Made by a program: the position numbers and the translations under genes. Below, one piece after another: positions 36,387 through 46,356 of a stretch of 64,000 bases of DNA (within the stretch, counting starts at the first letter, position 1; every line of letters begins with the position of its first letter). This DNA is from an uncultured Candidatus Saccharibacteria bacterium (GTDB lineage Bacteria > Patescibacteriota > Saccharimonadia > Saccharimonadales > Saccharimonadaceae), in the NCBI GenBank assembly GCA_946414465.1, contig CAMKOP010000003.1, positions 15,162-79,161 on the forward strand. The letters run 5' to 3'. Under the pieces are notes generated by a model, which saw nothing but the letters and a program-made list of their open reading frames with translations, made no database searches and was not told the DNA's origin.

Positions 36387-37553
36387 ATGGATATAGTGTT
36401 TATGATAATTGGGGGTGCAATAATAATACTACTTATTGTTGTGATAGTGCTTTTGTTAAAGAAAAAAGACCATAGCGAGGAACTAGCTAATTATAAAGCG
36501 ATGGAAGAGCGATTGATTCGAATGGAGGGTGAAGTAGGTAAAATTAATCCTGCGATTGATCGAAATTTTCGCGAAAACCGCAAAGAAATTTCTGAGAATT
36601 TGGAAAGACTACAAAACAATAATGCAAAGAGTATTGAACAATTAAGGACTGGTAATGAGAAAAAGTTGGAGGAAATGCGTGAGACGGTTGATGAAAAACT
36701 AAAAGCTTCAGTAGAAAAGCGTTTTAACGAAAGTTTTAAATCGATTTCTGCTCAATTGACACAGGTGTATCAGGGTCTTGGTGAGGTTAAAACAATGACT
36801 TCGGAAGTGGGTAGTTTGAAAAAGGTTATGGAGGGCGTGAAGACAAGAGGAATTTACGGTGAAGTACAGTTAGGTGCAATTATCGAAGATATTTTAAATA
36901 AATCTCAATACGAAGAAAATGTAATTACAAAAAAGGGCAGTAGTGATCGTGTAGAATTCGCTATCAGGATGCCAGGTAAAGATGCTGAGAGTGTCGTATT
37001 CTTGCCAATTGATTCAAAATTTCCAGTGGAGAACTATTCGAGATTGCTATCTGCATATGATAAAGGGGATAAGTCGGATATTGATAAATATTCAAAGGCA
37101 CTTGCTAACGACGTAAAAGAGCAGGCGAAAAAGATTTCAACAAAATATCTAGATCCGCCGATGACAACAGATTTTGGGATGATGTTTGTGCCAACAGAGT
37201 CATTATATGCGGAAATTTTGCGTATTCCGGGTTTGTCCGATGAGATGAGACAAAAATATCATGTATCTGTGACTAGTCCTTCGACTTTACCGGTAGCGTT
37301 GAATGGGCTTTTGATGGGGTTTAAAACAGTAGCCATTGAAAAACGTTCGGCGGAGGTATGGCAAACTCTTGGAGCAGTAAAGACTCAGTTCGGGAAGTTT
37401 TCAGATTTGTTGGAAGGTGTGCAAAAGAAATTGCAAGAATCTGCTAATAAAATAGAATCGGCTAAGACAACTTCAAGACAGATAGAAAAGAAGTTGAAAA
37501 GCGTGGAAGAACTGCCAGAAAAGGAATCTGTCAAATTAATCGGGGAAATCTAG
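36387..37553 (+). CDS. rmuC: DNA recombination protein RmuC
   Basis: N-terminal TM, long coiled coil, and an RmuC-type C-terminal nuclease-like region. Confidence 0.8.
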   Translation: MDIVFMIIGGAIIILLIVVIVLLLKKKDHSEELANYKAMEERLIRMEGEVGKINPAIDRNFRENRKEISENLERLQNNNAKSIEQLRTGNEKKLEEMRETVDEKLKASVEKRFNESFKSISAQLTQVYQGLGEVKTMTSEVGSLKKVMEGVKTRGIYGEVQLGAIIEDILNKSQYEENVITKKGSSDRVEFAIRMPGKDAESVVFLPIDSKFPVENYSRLLSAYDKGDKSDIDKYSKALANDVKEQAKKISTKYLDPPMTTDFGMMFVPTESLYAEILRIPGLSDEMRQKYHVSVTSPSTLPVALNGLLMGFKTVAIEKRSAEVWQTLGAVKTQFGKFSDLLEGVQKKLQESANKIESAKTTSRQIEKKLKSVEELPEKESVKLIGEI

Positions 37554-37554
37554 A

Positions 37555-39060
37555 GTGAAAAAGTTTTTTAGTAAAATAATTGATGGTTCTGATTATTTTG
37601 TATTATTCACGTTAGACGCTGTTTTGATGATTTTAGAGCTAGTAGCGGCTCGCTTAATGTCGCCGTATTTTGGTAATAGCAATTTTGTTTGGACAGCGAT
37701 AATTGGGATTATTTTACTAGCAGGTAGTTTAGGCAATTTGATTGGTGGCAAGATTGCTTCGCACAAACACCCTCGATATATAGCTTGTTTGTTATTGCTT
37801 GCTGCTTCAATATATATTGCAACAATTCCGTTAGTAGAAGGTAGTATTCTTGGTTCAACTAAGGAACTAAAAACTGGGGTACAATTCGAGGCCGTGATAA
37901 GTAGTATTCTGTTGTTTTTATGTCCTTCGACTATACTGGGCACTATCCCTCCGATTGTCATGAAGGAAAGGATTAGTGAAAGTAAGAATAAAGGTAAGGA
38001 GTCTGGGCGGATTACTGCTATTATTGCGCTAGGTAGCCTTGTTGGTACATTTTTAGGTGGGTTTTGGCTGATACCGACTTTTGGAACAAAAATCATTTTT
38101 GCGATGCTTGCTATTTGTATAGCATTGGTTGCGCCGTTGTTTATTCTGTCCGATAGAGATGGTTTAAAACGCGGAATAATCGTTTCTATGTTATTTGCTT
38201 TAGTCACCCTAATTTTTGGTATTATATCGTTAATAATCGTTAATGATGGTGCGCATAATTCAGAAATTAGTATTGACACTGAATATGGCAGGATTATTAT
38301 CGTCGAAGAAAACCACAACGGCGAAAATATTAGATATTACAAACAGAGCGGAGCTTATTCTTCAGCAAGCTATACGAGTGATCAAAGAAAATACGATTTA
38401 GTGTTTGATTATTTGAAAAAATATGATGAGATGTTTAAATTTAGAGATATTAGTGAGGTCGCAATGATTGGTGGGGCCGCTTATCAATATCCAAAATATT
38501 ATATATCTCATTATCCTGATAAAAAAATGGATGTAATAGAAATAGATCCAAAATCGACTGAAATAGCAAAACAATATTTTTATTTGAACGATTTATTATA
38601 CGATTATGGTGATGAGCGACTGGGGCTTTATAATGATGACGGGAGAATCTTTTTAAGAGATAGTGAAAAGAAGTATGATGCAGTGTTAAACGACGCCTTT
38701 TCTGGTGAAGTGCCAGTTGGGACGATGGCTACAGTTGAAGCTGCTAAAATTATTAAAAACAGTTTGAAAGATGATGGTGTTTATATGTCGAATGTATTGG
38801 GTGCTGTGGAAGGAGACAAGGGCAAGTTTTTACGAGCAGAGGTAAAAACATTGCAACAGGTTTTTAAACATGTGTATGTAATCGCTGTTTATAAGAATCC
38901 AAAACCAGAGCGATATGTTAATTGGATGGTTGTAGCGACTGATAATGATAAGTACACTCCTAACGATATCGTAGATGTTAGATTAACTGATGATGATATT
39001 ATCTTGACAGATGATTACAATCCAGTCGACAGTCTAGTAACGACAAATTACTTCGAATAG
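37555..39060 (+). CDS. Fused membrane / spermidine synthase-like protein
   Basis: About 7 TM helices in the N-terminal half and a SAM-MTase/spermidine synthase-like C-terminal half. Confidence 0.7.
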   Translation: MKKFFSKIIDGSDYFVLFTLDAVLMILELVAARLMSPYFGNSNFVWTAIIGIILLAGSLGNLIGGKIASHKHPRYIACLLLLAASIYIATIPLVEGSILGSTKELKTGVQFEAVISSILLFLCPSTILGTIPPIVMKERISESKNKGKESGRITAIIALGSLVGTFLGGFWLIPTFGTKIIFAMLAICIALVAPLFILSDRDGLKRGIIVSMLFALVTLIFGIISLIIVNDGAHNSEISIDTEYGRIIIVEENHNGENIRYYKQSGAYSSASYTSDQRKYDLVFDYLKKYDEMFKFRDISEVAMIGGAAYQYPKYYISHYPDKKMDVIEIDPKSTEIAKQYFYLNDLLYDYGDERLGLYNDDGRIFLRDSEKKYDAVLNDAFSGEVPVGTMATVEAAKIIKNSLKDDGVYMSNVLGAVEGDKGKFLRAEVKTLQQVFKHVYVIAVYKNPKPERYVNWMVVATDNDKYTPNDIVDVRLTDDDIILTDDYNPVDSLVTTNYFE

Positions 39061-39089
39061 CTGATTATCTACTATGATATAATCATACT

Positions 39090-39857
39090 ATGAAAATAGC
39101 GATACTTGGTGCGGGAGCGTTCGGCACAGCTCTTGGTGGTATTCTAGCCGATAATGGCTATGACATAGATTATTACGATCCTAAATTCGAGAAAGAAAAC
39201 CTATCTTCAGTACTTGATAGGGCTGCATATGTATTGCTTGCTTCGCCTTCAACTGCTGCTCCATATTTATTACCGCACCTTCCTAAAGATGTTCCAATGA
39301 TTATTGCAACTAAAGGTTTTTTAAATGATAAACAGTTTTTAGCATTCGATGATTATATGGTTATTTCTGGGCCTGGCTTTGCTGACGATATAAAAGCGGG
39401 AAAAAATACATATTTTACGATTACTGATAAAAAATTGAAGGATTTGTTTGGTGCTGATTATATTAGTTTTGATTATACAAACGATACCTGTGGTGTTTTG
39501 ATGTGTGGTACACTTAAAAATGTTTATGCGATTCAGGCCGGAATACTTGGACTAAAACGTAATTCTTTATCATGGAAGGAATACATTATCAATGCTTCAA
39601 GTGAGATAAAAACCATCCTTTCCTTTAACGGTGCTAGCGAAAAAACCATGGACCTTTACTGTGGTATTTTTGATTTAGAGCTAACTTGCGGATATCCTTC
39701 AAGAAATTACGAATATGGGGATTTGCTTCGTAGAAATAATTCTTATATTCCAGTAAAAACAGTAGAGGGTTTAGCGGCTTTAAAACGCATCAAACGTGGT
39801 GAAATAAAGGTTCCGGATGATGCATTTATTATTAAAAATTTAATGGAAAGGTTCTAG
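39090..39857 (+). CDS. Short NAD(P)H-dependent glycerol-3-phosphate dehydrogenase-like protein
   Basis: MKIAILGAGAFGTALG Rossmann motif. Shorter than canonical GpsA. Confidence 0.6.
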   Translation: MKIAILGAGAFGTALGGILADNGYDIDYYDPKFEKENLSSVLDRAAYVLLASPSTAAPYLLPHLPKDVPMIIATKGFLNDKQFLAFDDYMVISGPGFADDIKAGKNTYFTITDKKLKDLFGADYISFDYTNDTCGVLMCGTLKNVYAIQAGILGLKRNSLSWKEYIINASSEIKTILSFNGASEKTMDLYCGIFDLELTCGYPSRNYEYGDLLRRNNSYIPVKTVEGLAALKRIKRGEIKVPDDAFIIKNLMERF

Positions 39858-39858
39858 A

Positions 39859-42800
39859 ATGGGATTAAATAAAAAACAGAAGGAAGCAGTCGAATATTTA
39901 GATGGGCCGCTTTTAGTGCTAGCTGGGCCTGGTACAGGAAAGACTCAGCTGCTTTCTGAAAAAGTTGCATATATTTTGAAAAATACTGATACCAATCCTG
40001 AGAATATTCTATGCATGACATTTACAGAATCTGGTGCTACCAATATGCGTGAACGTTTGAAAACTATTGTTGGCAAAGAAGGTACAAAAGTAAATGTGAA
40101 TACTTATCATGCTTTTGGTTCGGATATTTTGGCACAATATAGAAACTATTCTGATGAATATGATAGAAGATTAGACGATGCTATTGATGAGGTCACCCAA
40201 TATAAAATCGTTAAAGATATTCAGGATAATTTACATGGCCGCGATATTTTACGTGGCGATAACGTCAAGGATATTATTGCTGTAATCTCAGCAGCTAAAT
40301 CTGCAGGTTTGACGGCGAAGGACCTGGAAATTATTGCTGAGCAGAATATTGCCGATTCTGAAACCCTATCAAAAGCCATTTCGCCATTACTTAAAAATAT
40401 TGTTCCGAGAGTTTTTAGGGAATCCTATGACAATGCTTATCGTCCAATATACGAGATTCTAAAAGGTTATACAGACACTGATACGATTGTGAAGAATATC
40501 GAGCGTTCGATTGGCGGAATGGCGAGAGATTTGAAAGACGCAATTGCGACTGCTGAACAGGAGCAGAAAATCAAACCACTTTCTAATTGGAAGGATACCT
40601 ATTTTGAAAAGGATAATCACGATAATTATAGGATGAGGGATAGAGTTGCCAATAAGAAGCTACTCTCGTTGTCTCATGTGATGGATGAGTATGATAAACG
40701 GCTACGCAAGGAAGGTCTATTTGACTTTGATGATATGATTCAAGAAGCTTTGAAGGTTCTCAAAAATGATAAGGGATTCAAAGCAACTTTGATGGAGAGA
40801 TACCAAGTTGTGATGCTCGACGAGTTTCAGGATACCAATCCTTCACAGTTTGCGATAATAAAAGAGCTGACTGATTATGAGAAACCACTTATCATGGCGG
40901 TAGGCGATGATGACCAAGCTATTTATGAATTCCAAGGGGCATTATCGACGAATCTAGTCGATTTTCAGAAACACTACGAAGCAAATGTTATACCTTTGGT
41001 TGAAAACTATAGAAGCACACAAGAGATTTTGGATTTTTCGAGAAAAATTATCAACCAAGCGCCTGATAGATTTGCGGACAAAGAATTAATCGCTCATAAA
41101 GAAGCCCCAAGTACGTCACAGATTACGCGTCATGAGTTTTTATCCTCAGATATGGAATATGCTTTTGTGGCTCAGAAAATTGCAGACCTAATTAAAGATG
41201 GCGTACCGCAAAACGAAATTGCCATTATCTCATATAAAACCAAATATTTTATGCCACTTTTGCCATATCTAAAAGAGTATCCTGAAATAAAAATTGCTTA
41301 CGAAAAAAAGGACAATTTACTTGAAGATGAGAGGGTACACGAACTTTTGACTCTAGCTAGATACATTGACGAAATGGCTAATGGGAAACGGTCAAGTGTT
41401 TCAATTATGGAAATACTGTCTTATCCTTGCTTCGAACTGCCTGCTATTGAGGTGATGAAATTAGTCTCAAAGGCAAGATATGAAAAACGGGCAATTTTTG
41501 AACTTCTGGCTGATTCTGAAGTCCCTGAGATACGTATGGTGGCGGAGTTGATTGCAGGGCTAGTTACGAAGGCTATGAATGAACCACTAGAAGTATTCCT
41601 TGATTATTTGATTGGTGTAGCTGATTTTGATAGTATACGCTCGCCATTTCTAGAATACTATACAAAAGATGATGAGTATGCGACATTTTCTTTGTACGAG
41701 AAATTAGCTTCGCTTAGAGGTAAATTACACAAACATTTTGGAGAAAAACCACTTAAGTTAGCTGATTTGATACAAATGTTAGATGATTATGAACAGGCAG
41801 ATATGCCAATTAATATAAGTTCGCCTTATCGTGATGCGGATGAGGCTGTGTCTATCCTTTCTGCGCACAAAGCTAAGGGCTTGGAATTTGCACATGTATT
41901 TATTATCTCGGCTGATCATATGGCTTGGGGCAAGGGAAAAGGGAATAATAATTTGCTGAGTTTACCAAAGAATTTAATGCAGATTCGTCATACCGGCACT
42001 ACTGACGGTGAAAAACTACGGATATTGTATGTGGCTTTGACTCGAGCAAAGGATTCGATTACTATTACGAATTCATTGAAAGATTTCAACGGCAAGAGTC
42101 CAGAGAGGTTGGAATACTTAGAGGAATATACAGAGGGCGATAAGGTTATTTCGCCGCTTATCCCTAACCCAGATGTTAATACATACTATAAAGCAAGCGC
42201 GCAGCTTTGTTCCGATTCTAATCTGAAAAATTGGTTAGTGCCATATATCAAACCCACGCCCGATATGCGCTCAATCTATAAAGATCGTTTGTCAAAATGG
42301 AAAATGTCGGCTTCGTCTCTGACTTCATTTATAGATATCGTGTATGCAGGGCCAGAGGAATTCTTTAAGTCGTATGTATTGCAAGCACCACGAGAGCCAG
42401 AAACTGAGGCTTTAGCTTTTGGTGATTTAATGCATAAAACTTTTGAGAAAGTTACAAATAGTGGTATATCGGATGAAGAGGCTGTGGAGTTTTTCTTGGA
42501 TGAGTCAAATAAAAAAGATTTACCAACGGACGTCTTGCAAAAAATTCGTGAACGGGGGGCAGAAGATCTGTTGATATCCTTGAATAAATTTAACGACGTA
42601 TTGCGACATGGTAAAGCGGAAGTTGACTTTGGTCCTGAAAGAATCTCGATTGAGGGCGTACCAGTGACTGGTAAAATTGACCATATTATAATAGACGAAA
42701 AAAATAAAACGATTGAAGTTTTCGATTTTAAAACTGGCGGTTATCATAAGGAAAAATGGCAGTCACATGCGACACTTTATAAGTATATGTTGCAATTAGA

Positions 42801-43092
42801 ATTTTATAAGTTGCTGCTCAATAATTCACCAACTTATAAAAAATATAAGGTAGAAAAAGCACATATCTTGTTCGTAGTGCCGGATCGTGATGGCGAAGTA
42901 TATGATAAGGTCTATGAATATAATGAACAAGATGAAACTGAAATCAAAAAACTAATCAAGGCCGTTTATGGATTAGCTGTCTCACTTGAATTTATGGATG
43001 ATCCAGATGTATTTGTATCGGCTAATAACACATTAGGACTAAAAAACATCAAAGATTTTATTGAGCTTTTGCTTGCAAAAACTTCTGAATAA
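39859..43092 (+). CDS. UvrD/PcrA-type helicase fused to a C-terminal PD-(D/E)XK nuclease (AddA-like)
   Basis: Walker A AGPGTGKT, the DEFQD motif, and C-terminal GKIDHIIIDEKNKTIEVFDFKTG. Confidence 0.85.
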   Translation: MGLNKKQKEAVEYLDGPLLVLAGPGTGKTQLLSEKVAYILKNTDTNPENILCMTFTESGATNMRERLKTIVGKEGTKVNVNTYHAFGSDILAQYRNYSDEYDRRLDDAIDEVTQYKIVKDIQDNLHGRDILRGDNVKDIIAVISAAKSAGLTAKDLEIIAEQNIADSETLSKAISPLLKNIVPRVFRESYDNAYRPIYEILKGYTDTDTIVKNIERSIGGMARDLKDAIATAEQEQKIKPLSNWKDTYFEKDNHDNYRMRDRVANKKLLSLSHVMDEYDKRLRKEGLFDFDDMIQEALKVLKNDKGFKATLMERYQVVMLDEFQDTNPSQFAIIKELTDYEKPLIMAVGDDDQAIYEFQGALSTNLVDFQKHYEANVIPLVENYRSTQEILDFSRKIINQAPDRFADKELIAHKEAPSTSQITRHEFLSSDMEYAFVAQKIADLIKDGVPQNEIAIISYKTKYFMPLLPYLKEYPEIKIAYEKKDNLLEDERVHELLTLARYIDEMANGKRSSVSIMEILSYPCFELPAIEVMKLVSKARYEKRAIFELLADSEVPEIRMVAELIAGLVTKAMNEPLEVFLDYLIGVADFDSIRSPFLEYYTKDDEYATFSLYEKLASLRGKLHKHFGEKPLKLADLIQMLDDYEQADMPINISSPYRDADEAVSILSAHKAKGLEFAHVFIISADHMAWGKGKGNNNLLSLPKNLMQIRHTGTTDGEKLRILYVALTRAKDSITITNSLKDFNGKSPERLEYLEEYTEGDKVISPLIPNPDVNTYYKASAQLCSDSNLKNWLVPYIKPTPDMRSIYKDRLSKWKMSASSLTSFIDIVYAGPEEFFKSYVLQAPREPETEALAFGDLMHKTFEKVTNSGISDEEAVEFFLDESNKKDLPTDVLQKIRERGAEDLLISLNKFNDVLRHGKAEVDFGPERISIEGVPVTGKIDHIIIDEKNKTIEVFDFKTGGYHKEKWQSHATLYKYMLQLEFYKLLLNNSPTYKKYKVEKAHILFVVPDRDGEVYDKVYEYNEQDETEIKKLIKAVYGLAVSLEFMDDPDVFVSANNTLGLKNIKDFIELLLAKTSE

Positions 43093-43155
43093 TAGTATTA
43101 TATCGCCATCGGTCATAGCGAGCTATGACTAGAACATTAGAAAGGAGGTGACTAT

Positions 43156-43278
43156 ATGTCGATAATGAAAATATGGATGAAGAGAATCCATAGCATCACA
43201 TGGAGCTGCCCTCGTTGTGGTAGGCCTTTCACGACAGAGATTGCACGTGATTTGCATTATCTCTCATGTGGTAAATAA
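43156..43278 (+). CDS. 40-aa zinc-finger-like small protein (not in ORF track)
   Basis: AAAGGAGGTG RBS 5 nt before the ATG. Contains CPRCG...H...C, and a terminator hairpin follows at ~43308-43335. Confidence 0.5.
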   Translation: MSIMKIWMKRIHSITWSCPRCGRPFTTEIARDLHYLSCGK

Positions 43279-43362
43279 ATAACATTTTAATCCTCTATCC
43301 AATTACTATGGCAAGGCTAAGCCTTGCCATTTTTCTTTCTCTGTGATATAATTTTAGGAATT

Positions 43363-43572
43363 ATGGCAAAGAAGAATAATACTAAAAGAAAACTAGTTGG
43401 GCTCGTTTCTGAAGAGTCTGGTGTTCGTGCTTATTATACTAAGAAAAACACGATGAATACTCCAGATAAGCTTACTTTGCGTAAGTATGATCCAGTACTA
43501 CGCAAGCATGTTGTTTTTGCTGAGACTAAGAAGAACTTAGGTAGAAACGAAGTAAAAGAGAAGAAGCGCTAA
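43363..43572 (+). CDS. rpmG: 50S ribosomal protein L33
   Basis: The [17 protein letters not shown]...YYTKKNT...[17 protein letters not shown] pattern matches L33. Start trimmed to the ATG at 43363. Confidence 0.85.
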   Translation: MAKKNNTKRKLVGLVSEESGVRAYYTKKNTMNTPDKLTLRKYDPVLRKHVVFAETKKNLGRNEVKEKKR

Positions 43573-43581
43573 GAAATTGGT

Positions 43582-43703
43582 ATAGCAACAAAAAGTACCT
43601 TTTCGGACACGCGTCCAAAACCCCTGTCGCCACAGGGGTTTTGGCGCTACACCTCGCCTTGCCAGGCTCCGGAGTGTCCTCAAAAGTACTTTTTTGTTGC
43701 TAT
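43582..43703. terminator. Nested ~120-bp imperfect palindrome between convergent genes (bidirectional terminator or structured element)
   Basis: Outer arms ATAGCAACAAAAAGTAC / GTACTTTTTTGTTGCTAT. Inner hairpin CCAAAACCCCTGT-cgcc-ACAGGGGTTTTGG. Confidence 0.55.
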
Positions 43704-44908
43704 TCTAAGTTTTGTAGCCTATATTCAATATCCCTTAATACATTCATAAAATACATGAACGATTCATATGGCGAAGCATAGGCAGAGAAGTAGGCGTGGA
43801 CATCGCCATCATTCCAATATTTAGTACACATAGAATAAGGATGATCTGACGTAGTGAGATAACGCCAGTCTGTAATAAGACGAAAATCTTTGGTCGCCAT
43901 AATATCATTCTTTAGGCTATAAAGTTCTTGCATAGCTGAAGTCTGCATTTTATTGGACAACCATGCAGACAAATCTCGTTCAGTGTCAGCCCAAGTGACA
44001 GTATCTGGCATAGAAATCTCGTCTACCGGCTCTTCGAGTTCGCAGGCTTCTGACACGGTGACGAATTTGTTGCCATATTCAGATAGCCATTCCGATATAA
44101 ATCCGTTCATAAATTTAAAAATACCAGTATCTTCCCATTGATGTTCGCCAAAGGTCTCAAAATCCATAAATAGATTGATGAGATTGCCGCGGAGAGAATC
44201 CATATTGAGCCACCCGATGTATTTTTGGGTAGTGAGCGGCCATTCACTCCAACTACGATTAGAAAACCTGAACGCTATATCATCGGACAAGCGGTAATTT
44301 TTTAATAAAAGCTTAGTAGTTTTGCAGTTTATCGGTGAATAAACATGATTGGGGCTACGCCAGCCGAGGATTTTATCCCATCCTTCAGCTAATACGGCTT
44401 TGTAGCCTTTGCTTTCTGCCCATTTGGCAAGTTCATCGTTGTAGGCGAGTTCGGTATTGCGAAATACTTGAGGTTTTTTACCAAATAGTTTTTCTATAAC
44501 CATTGAGTGTAGATTAACTTGGCTATTGAATTCATCAATATCATAAAAAAATGATAAAGAATGATAATATGTTTCGCCAATGATTTCGGCTTGACCGCGT
44601 TTTACCATACGTTTGATTTGTTCGATTAATTCAGGTGCCCATCTGCTGGCTTGTTCGAGCCAAGTACCGGTGATAGAAAACGATACTTTAAACTCTGGAT
44701 ATATATGCATATTTTTTTCTAGTAAATCAAGCATTGGACGGTAGCTTTTTTCGGCGACTTTTTTGAAAATACGTTCATTGGATTGACGACTAGTGTATTG
44801 ATCATTGAAATAATTTGAATCATTTGAGACATCAAAAATAGAGTATTCGCGGTAGCGAACTGGCTGATGGATATGCAAATATAGACAGATTGCGCGCATG
44901 TCAGTCAT
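43700..44908 (-). CDS. Glycoside hydrolase family 57 protein
   Basis: The N-terminus ICLYLHIHQPVRY is typical of GH57. Confidence 0.8.
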   Translation of the reverse strand: MTDMRAICLYLHIHQPVRYREYSIFDVSNDSNYFNDQYTSRQSNERIFKKVAEKSYRPMLDLLEKNMHIYPEFKVSFSITGTWLEQASRWAPELIEQIKRMVKRGQAEIIGETYYHSLSFFYDIDEFNSQVNLHSMVIEKLFGKKPQVFRNTELAYNDELAKWAESKGYKAVLAEGWDKILGWRSPNHVYSPINCKTTKLLLKNYRLSDDIAFRFSNRSWSEWPLTTQKYIGWLNMDSLRGNLINLFMDFETFGEHQWEDTGIFKFMNGFISEWLSEYGNKFVTVSEACELEEPVDEISMPDTVTWADTERDLSAWLSNKMQTSAMQELYSLKNDIMATKDFRLITDWRYLTTSDHPYSMCTKYWNDGDVHAYFSAYASPYESFMYFMNVLRDIEYRLQNLE

Positions 44909-46127
44909 TCCTCTTATGTTTTATGGTTTTATTATAAATCTTCAGACATTTTTTTGCAACTTGATCCCACGAAATTTTACGGTATTCGGTTTGAACGTTT
45001 TCTTGTAACGATTCTCTTAGGGCGGGATTGTCCGCTACAGCAAGGATTTCATTTGCAAGCTTTTGCTTGTCCCAGTAATCGTATTTTAGAGCGGACCAGA
45101 TAATTTCGGAAACACCAGATTGTTTGGTGAGAATTAACACATCACCATGATGAGCCGCTTCGAGGGCGGTTAGTCCAAAGGGTTCTGATACGGAACTCAT
45201 TACAAAAATATCTGTAAGGGTATAGATATCGCGAAGCTTTTTACCGCGGATGAAACCAGTAAAAATGACGTTTTTGGCGATACCTAGATCGGCGGACATT
45301 TCGATAAGTTCGTTCAACTCTTCACCATTGCCTGCGAAAATGAATATTAACTTAGGATTTTTTGAAATAGCGAGTGCGGCGGCCTGCATGAGATTTGGTA
45401 GACCTTTTTGGAGAGTAAAACGTCCTACTGTTGAAACTATTGTATAGCTTGCTGATTTGAGATTTTCGACATAGCGGTAGAGTTTTTTGTCAAAATCGTA
45501 ATTGTTTTTTTCGTAGTTTTCGTCAAGGGAATTATAGACGACGTCTATTTTAGAAAGCGGTATGCGATACTTGTCGTGAACGATGCGTTTGGTGGTTTCG
45601 GATACAGCGATGATACGATCTGCCATCATCAGGCCTTCATATTCAATTTCGTGGATGAGCTTGTTGCCACTGTGCATACCAGCGCGATCAAATTCAGTGG
45701 CATGGACGTGGGCGATTAGTGGGATATTGTGGTTTTTCTTCGCAATAATACCAGCTTCGTAGGTGAGCCAATCGTGAGCATGAACTGCATCGGGATGATG
45801 TGTCCTGAGATATTTTTCGACATATTCGCAGTATTCCTTTTGGACATTACGGATTGACATGAGAGTGTTTTCATCGATATTTGGAATAATGCTCTTGAAT
45901 ATTTCTAATGACGAATAGGAGCCATTACCGTAACGGTAAATTGGGTCAAGGTGGGTAGCTGGTAATATTCTCATAAAATCGGTGTCCGGATGTTTTGCAT
46001 CGTATGGAATAACAAACTCAATACTAATGCCTTGGCGCGACAAAGCTTTGGCAAGATTTAAACAGGCGACGCCTAACCCACCGCTGTTATGCGGTGGTAA
46101 TTCCCAACCTAACATAAGTATTTTCAT
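44901..46127 (-). CDS. Glycosyltransferase (glycogen/alpha-glucan synthase-like, GT4/GT5)
   Basis: MKILMLGWELPPHNSGGLGVAC N-terminus and a C-terminal SEPFGLTALEA motif. Confidence 0.8.
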   Translation of the reverse strand: MKILMLGWELPPHNSGGLGVACLNLAKALSRQGISIEFVIPYDAKHPDTDFMRILPATHLDPIYRYGNGSYSSLEIFKSIIPNIDENTLMSIRNVQKEYCEYVEKYLRTHHPDAVHAHDWLTYEAGIIAKKNHNIPLIAHVHATEFDRAGMHSGNKLIHEIEYEGLMMADRIIAVSETTKRIVHDKYRIPLSKIDVVYNSLDENYEKNNYDFDKKLYRYVENLKSASYTIVSTVGRFTLQKGLPNLMQAAALAISKNPKLIFIFAGNGEELNELIEMSADLGIAKNVIFTGFIRGKKLRDIYTLTDIFVMSSVSEPFGLTALEAAHHGDVLILTKQSGVSEIIWSALKYDYWDKQKLANEILAVADNPALRESLQENVQTEYRKISWDQVAKKCLKIYNKTIKHKRND

Positions 46128-46197
46128 CTATATTATTTTAGCATAAATTTTATGATTTGTGTAACATTTGTGATAAAATTAGTGTGGAACTTTATAA

Positions 46198-46273
46198 AGG
46201 GGTATAGCTCAGTTGGTAGAGCACTGGTCTCCAAAACCAGGTGTCGGGGGTTCAAGTCCCTCTGCCCCTGCCA
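46198..46273 (+). tRNA. tRNA-Trp (CCA), CCA end encoded
   Basis: Manual cloverleaf: anticodon loop CT-CCA-AA, T-loop TTCAAGT. Confidence 0.9.
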
Positions 46274-46356
46274 AATTTATTATTAAAATCGCCTATCTTG
46301 GCGGTTTTAATTAATAAATTCCACAAGTTATTTTTATATGGTGTTATAATTAGGAC

